A DNA stretch of 64,000 nucleotides from Styela clava (taxonomy: Eukaryota), in assembly GCF_964204865.1 (NCBI RefSeq), contig NC_135256.1:14694001-14758000 (forward strand), given 5' to 3'. A model generated the notes under the pieces. It ran no database searches, was not told the DNA's origin, and saw only the letters and a list, made by a program, of their open reading frames with translations. Position numbers and translations under genes: made by a program. Of this stretch, positions 25,101 through 33,600 are shown one piece after another; positions within the stretch are counted from its first letter, which is position 1; each line of letters starts with the position of its first letter.

Positions 25101-28100
25101 TTGTGTTTTGCGGCAATTAGTTTTTTGAGTCCTGGCATTAAGAAGCCAATTATTGACACAATAACACGAGCTACATTTGATGAACATTCATTTGCGCTTT
25201 AAATACTAGTTTTAACTTAACGACATTGTAATGCAACCGAAACTTTTTAAATCTTAGTTTTGTTAATTTCGTCCAAAAGTGATGACACTAAACGATATAT
25301 ACCATGTAATTAATTTTTGTATAGTTCTTGATTAGATATTCATTTTTAATAAAAAACAGGCGTGAAGTGCAGCTATCCAGGAACACCTGATGGTGGATCG
25401 ACCGTGCCACGTCGAGCAACTTATAACGGTGGTGAAATAATAGAATTTTCATGCAAGGACGAATGTTATGAACTGGTCGGAAGTAAAACAGCAATTTGTA
25501 TGCCCAATGGACTTTTCTCGCAAGAGGTACCATCATGTGAACGTGAGTTTGATAACTTTTGCTATTATGCTCTTTCACCCAAACACTGAAATATTAGATA
25601 GAAGTATTATAACGTCATATTATAATGAATATTTGGTAAAAAACCTAATAATGATGATTCATCATTTCAACGGATGATTAGAATTCCCCCTAAATTTAAC
25701 TCTAATCTAAGTTTTACACTAATCGAATCTTATCTAAATATGCATGTGGTCGAAAGAAACAATTGATATTTCTGCACATTTGAGCCGCGTGAACAAGCCA
25801 TATACATACGACTATTGATAGTTTTGTAACGATGATAACAGCAAAACTCTAACGCAGTACTTCTATTCCTTATTACAACGACAAATTCAATTTTTAGCAA
25901 AGATGTGTCTGCACTTTCCTACTATTCCAAACTTTGGAACACTAGAGCCGCTTCAGAAAAATTATACTTGTGGGCAGAAAATAGACTACAACTGCTTTGC
26001 TGGATACAGACGAACTGGTCCTACTCATACTTCATGTCTACCTGATGGGACGTTTGAAAAACACCTCGCTGAATGTGAAGGTATGACTGTGAAAGACTAA
26101 TTTGAATTGTATAATATAATTTTTTACAAGTTTGCAATTTTTCCGTTTTAAATCTGACTTATTTATCAACCAGCGTATTTGTGTCATATATCTGAAAATT
26201 GTCCCATATCTCTCACACGTTTGTTAGATTTAAAAAAAAAAACAGTGGTCAGACGGTTACCTCAAATATTTTGTTAAGATAAATTTTGGGCCAGGTTTTG
26301 TAAACAATATCTTCAACTTTCAGTTGTGAAGTGTAAACCACCGCCAACTCTTCGTAATGGTTTTACAACAACCAATTTCGGAGGAATGGTAGTTTTTGAA
26401 AATGTTGTAACGTATCGATGTAGAACTGGATATAGAATGGTTGGTGTGGATTCTATTAAATGCGGAGAAGATGGCTCATACATTGGAGCGGTGCCGGAAT
26501 GCAAAGGTACGTTCTACAAGCAAGTATTCTAGCAGTATGAAGTAGTTGTATCGAGTATGTTTTTTTCAATATAGATCCATTAACAGGACATCAGATTTAG
26601 TACCATTTAAAAAACAGTGATGCAGACATCTCAATAAATCGCAATTTGTATTAGTAACGCATTGTCTGAGGTCTCCCAATTGATATGATCAATTTGTGGT
26701 CTATTCAACAATAATTAACTTTAAATGAATGAAACTGAAAGATAAATCAAATGAATGAAACTGAAACATTGTAATCTATTTCAAAAGCAATTCTATGCCA
26801 ACAACCAAGATCACCATCCAATGGAAGAGTTATTTCTTCTGGACGTGACTGGCGTGTAGGCGAAGTAATGGATTTTCAATGTGATGAACATTATACTATT
26901 GTTGGAAAAAGTTTTGCTGTTTGCCAAGGAAATGGCGAATGGAATAATCCACCACCAACCTGTGCCGGTATGTATAAAATATATGACTTTTGCAATTCAT
27001 TTTATTTGAACACAGTATGATTTGCATTTAGGAATAGTATGAGATACGATTGACAAAGTAAGACTGTTATGTACGGAAAGCTGTAACCAGTGAACCAGTA
27101 CTGGTTCCATAAACCAGTAAACATAGTAAAGGGATTGTTGATTCATCACATCGAATTCGATACATATTTTTTTTTTCTGTAAAATTCCAACGTTTTTATG
27201 TATTGTTGAAATTTTTTGTGTGTAACTCATTCTGTGCGAGATTGTCGGCGTTTTAAATGCAAATTTTCAATCTATCTTTTCAAATTACTGTCATTCCTTG
27301 TGTCGAAAAACGATCTTCCGCGATTGTCAATTGCCACACATGAGCACATTCAAGTGCAAATATCTTTTCAAATTTCACTATTCGCTAATGCCAATTTTTT
27401 TGTTTTTTTCATGCCATATAGTTTACATGAAATTTTATTTCTAATTATATGTTGTCATTCGAAGAGTTTATAACCTTTCTCTAAAGTTTTTATATCAATC
27501 TTTTAGAGCCCATTTGCCACGAAAACTGCCATTTTCCAAGAATCAGGGGCCGTCCTTGTCAATGTGATGAAGAATGTCAAAACAGAGGAGATTGTTGTAA
27601 TGATTATAAAATGAAGTGCAGTAAGTCTGTGTAAAGTTATTTTAGAATAAATAAAATGATTGCGATACATAAATACAAAGTCAACACAAATTAATATTGC
27701 AATCAATTATTAATTGAATTCAATGATCAGCTGGGAACCACCTACAACTCATAATGGAGATATCAAATTGATGTCTGTATTTTGTTTACCACCATTTTCG
27801 TTTAAATATTTTTTTTGCCAGAAAATGACAATGAACTCCATGTTAAATTATATCTCCTTAATTTATTTTACACTCGAGTACAAAAACATTTATGTACAAC
27901 ATACCATGTGATTTACCGATGACCCCAATATATATTTTTTTATTGGTTCGTAAATAGATCAATTTTAATAAACAATGTATATATTATGAATTTATTTATT
28001 AAATATGAAACTGTATGTTATTGTTTCTGTGAATTTAATGATTTCATTACAATTTCAGCATTGGGAACGTGCAAAAACAGATGTGGTGCAGCAATGAACA

Positions 28101-28228
28101 ATCATAATAAATGTTCATGCGATGACCTTTGTGCGACTCGTTTCGGGAAGAACTGTTGTCAAGACTATAAAATGTATTGCAGTGATCCAAAAGAACATTC
28201 ATCAAACATGAAGGATGGACATTCCTGA
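1167..28228 (+). CDS. Giant multi-CCP (sushi/SCR) protein with 2 C-terminal somatomedin-B domains; 5' end lies upstream of the window; at least 52 CCP + 2 SMB, about 3,240 aa in window
   Basis: 54 GT-AG exons, all introns phase 1. CCP exons: 1167-1346, 2019-2201, 2375-2551, 3028-3219, 3291-3491, 3719-3916, 4442-4621, 4798-4989, 5376-5555, 6325-6504, 6972-7154, 7233-7412, 8042-8221, 8511-8690, 8968-9147, 9519-9698, 9884-10063, 10323-10502, 10706-10885, 10972-11151, 11376-11555, 11642-11821, 12015-12194, 12285-12464, 12599-12778, 13090-13269, 13620-13799, 13890-14069, 14417-14596, 14873-15052, 15223-15402, 15954-16133, 16242-16421, 16809-16988, 17102-17284, 17413-17592, 17717-17896, 18233-18412, 18632-18811, 19188-19373, 19607-19786, 20076-20258, 20615-20794, 21233-21409, 22137-22316, 22772-22951, 23490-23672, 24015-24194, 25360-25542, 25898-26080, 26324-26506, 26788-26967. 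SMB exons: 27507-27620, 28059-28228 (TGA). Each CCP exon reads C-x2-P...G...Y-x2-G-x2-V-x-F-x-C-x2-GY-x-L-x-G-x5-C-x3-G-x-F-x4-P-x-C with no stops. No start codon or signal peptide found in 1-1166. Confidence 0.93.
2741..2958. mobile_element. MITE with ~40-bp imperfect TIRs in intron 3 of gene 1
   Basis: gaaatttcgccgcaggaaatccccgcataggaaaaatcgc is the reverse complement of gcgatttttcccatgcggcgaaatttcctacggcgaattttc, with few mismatches. Confidence 0.7.
4095..4205. mobile_element. Palindromic MITE, same family as 36156-36265
   Basis: ctcttgaagtatgcgcatcaagatg ... catcttggtgcgcatacttcaggag with an accctaacc core. Confidence 0.75.
15575..15805 (-). mobile_element. tRNA-derived SINE remnant
   Basis: Minus strand begins gggcgcgatggcc (A-box-like; same 5' end at ~56968 reads gggcgcgatggccgagt), then a degenerate B-box gggtgcattccc followed by ...cacca. 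Confidence 0.45.
16541..16795 (+). mobile_element. Helentron/DINE-like element, 3'-truncated
   Basis: acttatcgatcttgatcggtaagtatgttgataggtatttg...ctccaaattttgcatgtg matches the 54651 copy. Confidence 0.7.
27507..27620 (+). CDS. Exon 53 of gene 1: somatomedin-B domain containing RGD
   Basis: ttttag|...|gtaagt, translates PICHENCHFPRIRGRPCQCDEECQNRGDCCNDYKMKC. 8-Cys SMB pattern C-x3-C...C-x-C-D-x2-C-x5-CC-x-DY-x3-C. Missing from the ORF track. Confidence 0.9.
28059..28228 (+). CDS. Terminal exon 54 of gene 1: second somatomedin-B domain plus short hydrophilic tail
   Basis: tttcag| LGTCKNRCGAAMNNHNKCSCDDLCATRFGKNCCQDYKMYCSDPKEHSSNMKDGHS*. No TM or GPI-like hydrophobic tail. Confidence 0.9.
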
Positions 28229-28597
28229 ACTACCTCCACAATTAATCATGGTGGCGTCAAATGAAACTCAAAGAACAATTTGTATTGATTTTATTTAATT
28301 ACTCATCTTTGAAAATTCACACCATTATCTGAAAATGGCAACAAATACAGCCACTTTCTAATTTTAAACTAGCAGACAGCTGCCAAATTCCAGATATGAT
28401 ATTAGTTGCTCTGAACCGAAAAAATGCTTTTGGTGATATTTCATACTAGCATCATTTGTTTTTGTAATCATACGTTTTCGATTGCCATAAGTATTGATTT
28501 TTTTTTATTGTTTTTATTTTAAATCCATCTGCTTTCATGAAACATATATATATATATATCTTGTTTTAAAATGTCATGTCGTTGTTTTGTAAGTTGA

Positions 28598-28603
28598 AAT
28601 AAA
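28598..28603 (+). terminator. Candidate polyadenylation signal of gene 1
   Basis: AATAAA about 370 nt after the stop, in an AT-rich 3' UTR. Confidence 0.45.
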
Positions 28604-29108
28604 ATACTAATGCCAATGTTCCAAATATTTTAGTTCTTAACGCGTTCTATTGATATCGTAGATGAGTGTGAGTTAAATGTATACCTTCCGGTATATTGAC
28701 GGTGCATTTGCGTATGTACATTGGTATTTTCATCTGACCTGAACTATGTGAAAGCCAATTCGCCAAAATTTTGCAAATGACATCGAATCTATATTAACAA
28801 ACAAAGGAAAAAGCAGGATTAATCTGATTGTGAGTAATTTTGAAACCGAAAATTTAAGCATGGCTGTGTTCTTTCAACCAGAGTCAGTCAAAAATAGGTC
28901 GAAGAGGAGCGTGCGTGTGTATATATCATAGTTGAGTACGAAATCTCCTCGTCACTTTGCATGTTTACAGTAAATATAGATTGACAAAGAACCAAATCAT
29001 AAATATGTCAACCGTATCGAAGCAGCAGCCCGTAGCATATGAACACGACAAGGTACTGTGATACTGTATTTGTCATATAAAGATGGAGTACCGATAAACA
29101 AATATAGG

Positions 29109-29287
29109 CAGTAGTGGGATTCAGCCGGTTCGCACCGGTTCTATAGAACCGTCTCAGGGAATTTTATGAGATCAGCGAACCGGTTAGCTTTACTGATTAC
29201 TGTCAATGTTCTGTTTGTAACAGAACCGGCTGAAAAATATGACTCTGTGATGGAACCGACTGACAAAAAATTTGAATCCCACCACTG
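29109..29287. mobile_element. hAT-type MITE (179 bp) between genes 1 and 2
   Basis: TIR cagtagtgggattca / tgaatcccaccactg. Degenerate 8-bp TSD aatatagg / aatataac. Internal gaaccgg repeats. Confidence 0.8.
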
Positions 29288-30358
29288 AATATAACCCTAT
29301 TCACGACGGCAAGATAACGAAAGTAAAGTATGATATTAAATAGTGTTGCCAGAAAAATACACGCTAACAAGAACGAACCCGCTGTAGGCCTACAGGAAAA
29401 GTAAGTTTCACAAATGATACCATAATGGTAAGCATATCTCAAGTTTCAAATTTGCTTCAGTTAACAGTTGCAGGTTACATATACATGCCACATGAAGTCT
29501 GAATCTTGACTCAACTCTACATTCTTTGCTGCTGAGACAGGGCCCCTTTTGACTATTCAGGTTGCGGACTGTTTTTGTCCCCAATATAATAAATTGTTAA
29601 TTTCCCTCATCATTATTGACAAGTTGTCCTCGAATTTCTATCATCATTTGTCTTTGATATTCATGTGAAACACTGTATTTGACTATGAAATTACTCCCAA
29701 CAAGAGGGAGTCCCATTTCATTGTGACAAAATGCACGGTGAAACATTCCGACGAGGCGTCAACCCAACAACTTAAAATGTAATCGCACTGGGACTGCCAG
29801 CATTTCACGGAGTTGTTGTTACGCTACCGGGTCGTGGCTCACGAAAAAGGAATGGTGAGCGTGGCAACAGTAGTATTGTCATATCCCAGCATGAATATTA
29901 AGGTAGCGGTTACTTTGATGGATGATGTGATAATCTATCCGTCTTTGAGCTCTGATGAAATCAATACGGGTGCATAATTCTGAATATAACCCTTGATAAG
30001 GTTCATATCAAATCTTAACCTTTGATAAACTATACAACTTTGAGTCATGTCGGTGTATTTCTTTTCAAAATCAGTAACAAAATGTTAAGAAATTTAAATT
30101 TAGTATTCAAAATATATATCATAAGATAATTATCAATGGCGTTATAGCAAAGTATATATATAATATATAAGTTATAAATTTTGTCTTTTCGGATCATCAC
30201 ATTTCATTGTTTTAAAACACACATTTCGCAGTACTCCACTTCTATGTAACCCTTTCCTCTTAGTGGGTCATTTTTGGCTGCCATAGCTCTTTTCGCCTCA
30301 GTGCTGTGTCGTCCTCTCGGTGAGCCTCATCACTTTTATTTTGTTTTCACTTACTCAT

Positions 30359-30390
30359 TTATTGGAAGCGTGCACTTGCTTTGAGCAATT
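30359..30390 (-). CDS. Possible alternative terminal exon of gene 2 (QLLKASARFQ*) or 3' UTR exon
   Basis: Acceptor ttcag at 30395-30391. In phase with exon 30931-30743. Minus-strand AATAAA at 30340-30335. A GTAAAT donor sits 3 nt after the stop of exon 30672-30626. Confidence 0.4.
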
Positions 30391-30625
30391 CTGAACTTGA
30401 TGTGGGTGTGGGGGAAATTTTCAACCGATGTGTGAAAATAAAAACAGCACATGATCGGAAAACGTGGTCGAAGAGTAGAATTATGATGTGTTGAACGCTA
30501 ATATGATGTGATGCTCTAACTTGAGAAGTAAAATGAATAAGTATATATTTCAAAAGAAAGGCTTCTTGTCAGATTTCTTGTTAAAAGCGAACATTTTAGT
30601 ATTCCTGATGCAATACATTTACCAT

Positions 30626-33600
30626 TTATTTGCCGTAACGTTTTCTCATCCTTAGAAGTTGATAATTGTAACCTACAAAAAGTGAGAGGTGGTTGTAGCA
30701 GGAATCGTTCATTCTTTATTTAGTTTGAATGCAATAACTTACGGTAACAAATTGGCGGTGGATTGGACCAGAGTCCAGTATATCGACATTTTGCAGCTTT
30801 GTATCCTTTCATTCTAAATCCTGTTGGACACGCAAAGTGAGTTATTTCTCCTTCGTGATAGTATTGTTTATATGGAGATGTCATCTTACATTTCACGGGC
30901 AGAACGGGAGCTTTACAATATGCTGGTTTTCCTAAAGTATATATAGATAACGTGAACAAAAACAAAGATTTAGGAGTAAAGTGAGGAAGGTTAAGTATTT
31001 AAATAATAAAAAAGTATTTAGTTGAGATTTTATATTGCATTCGGAGACATAAAATAATGCGTTAACCAAGGTGTTGAAATCACAATTAGCTTCATAGCTG
31101 TTGGACTGTTTGACTGAAATCCTAAATCTGAAGATATGTAATTTTTTTCTTGTTGCAGAATAAGAAGAACCTGCTCTGATTTGACAGTCTGGACTACGTA
31201 TTTTGAATTTAAGATAAAAAAAAAATATTTACAAAAGAGAGCAAGAGAGCAAGTTACATTTCTTATTTTAACATAATAATTCATAGCCGTTTTTACGACA
31301 TACAGGCAACTCACTATGGCAAGTTGGTGGTGCGTTGTCCCATTTCCCTTCATCGGAACAAGTTGCATATTTGTGTCCTTTCAGCTCATATCCTCTGGGG
31401 CAAACAAAGTTTATTTTGTGACCTGAGCTCCATGATTTTTGAAATCTTGGGAAATACGAACAATGCGGTGGAAATTTCGGAAGTAAGCATGTATAACCTA
31501 AAAAAATGAGTGAAAAATGAATGTGAATGAATGAATATTGCTGAAAACGCATTTCAAAAAGCTTAAATTTGTCAATCAATAAGTTAGATGTATTTGAAAT
31601 ACTTACGAATACAACGAGGTGTTGGATTGTCCCATTTTTCTCCTTCGATGCAAGTTGCATGGTCAGCTCCCACCAATGAAAAACCTTTTGGACATATGAA
31701 TTTTATTGTGTGCCCGATTTCGAAATGTTTACCAAACGGCGGTAAATATGAACCATACTTTGACATATGTGGTGTATGGCACATTTCCCCTGCAAAATAA
31801 AATATAGGAATAGTACATCAATTTTTCACTACGTTCAGAGTGGAATCCTTTTCAATCATCAGTTCAAATGAATATTAAGATTTTGAAACTTACGTCTTTT
31901 GCACACTGGTGGGCTGTTATCCCACAACCCACTGTCCTGACACGCAGCCTGAGTTTCTCCCTTCAAATCGAATCCGCTGGGACAGAAAAAAGTAATTTTG
32001 TCTCCAACGTTCCAGGATTGTTGACGAGCCGGGGCGTATCCACAAAACGGTGGTAACGTAGGTAGATAACATTGTGTTGCTGCAATGAATTTGCACGATT
32101 ATCTGATTTGAGGTACAGGTAAATAGCATTTGATTATATGTTCTGGATTGATGTTTATAACTCTTAAGACAGCGGGTTAGAGTGAGCATGAAAAGTGGTA
32201 TTAGTGGCAAATTTGGTGATTCGCGAAAAAGATTTTCCCGCAAAAATTTATTCATTTTGGAAATTCTTTTAGCAATATTTGTTGTAATCTCGATATATAA
32301 TTTTGTTGACTAATCGCAAAACCGCAGGAACAATCAGCAAGTTTTCGATAATAAAGTATTGGTCAGAGCCGCGCAGATGAAACGAGATCAAATACAGCAT
32401 AACTCCAAACCTACGTTTATAACAAGTTGGCGGTTGACTGCTCCAGATTCCACCTTCGTTGCACTTAGCGTACAAATCACCTTGCAACACGTATCCAAAC
32501 GGGCAATAAAACTTAATTTTTTGTCCAACATACCAAGAACGTTGATATCGAGGGGAGTAACTACAGTACTGCGGCATTGTTGGAACAGGACACAAGGTTG
32601 CTGAAACAAGTAGAAAACTTGATATTAGTTTTCATTGTGGTAATTAATCATAATTTACCTTAAAAAGCGCCACTGGTGACCAATATAAACGTACCTAGTA
32701 TCAAGAAATTCTACTTACGTGGTTCACAGGTAGGCGGCGAGTTGTCCCATAACCCATCTTCTAAGCATGTAGCATAACTATGACCTAGCATCTTGTATCC
32801 ATGGGGACAATGGAAATGAATTTTGTGTCCAACCATCCAGGAGGTTGCGTGAATTGGATAGTATGTACAATGTTCTGGCAGATTCGGAACAGCGCACGTT
32901 GGACCTGAAAATGGAGTACAATATTTGTGGCGATCATTCAAATAATAACAACTCTTTGTTGTTCATAAACTATACAGCGATAATAATGGGTAAGCGCTAA
33001 ATTGTGATTGAGGTACCGTGGTTTAGAGATCTATCTGGTTTGACTAGCCTAAGAGTCCTCTTATTTATAATATCCAATAGTTCAAAATCGCCAGTCTATG
33101 TGAATCTAAGATTAACTTATTGGTAACGATCCGTCTTGAGATTAAATAAGTCACAATAATTCTACTCACGTCTTTCGCAAACTGGGGGTGAGTTGTCCCA
33201 TTTTCCCTCAGCAGTACAGGTTGCAGAATTATGACCTTTTAATATATATCCGTCCGGACAAGAAAAACTAAGTCGTCCACCAACAGGTCGCCATTGTCGA
33301 CGAGTGTTCCCTAAGAATCCAGTACGCTTTGGAACATGTGGTACTCGGCACATTATTTCTGTAAACATATCAATTATAACGTTTGACAATGTTGGCGCTT
33401 TCCTACGCTAATATGTTATAGGGTGAACACCGCACATAACAAAGGGTTAGCGCGGAATGCTAGTGTGTAAAAGCGTAGGTTATCGAAATCAAATATCAAA
33501 TTATTTTCAGAACCAATTTTGCCAAAAAAGTGGTGGAATGTTTGAAGAAACCGGAATGCCACTCATTTAAAAAAAATTATGATCTTTGTATATCCAGCTC

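Noticed and set aside
9519-26967. Regularly spaced similar blocks read as a CRISPR array or satellite
   Set aside because: The blocks are protein-coding exons with GT-AG boundaries, similar at the amino-acid level and not identical nucleotide repeats.
1167-28228. Assigning SVEP1, CR1, CSMD or CFH as gene symbol
   Set aside because: No vWA, pentraxin, CUB or TM domains in view, and the SMB C-terminus and Trp-less CCPs do not match these genes. Any similarity would be generic CCP similarity.
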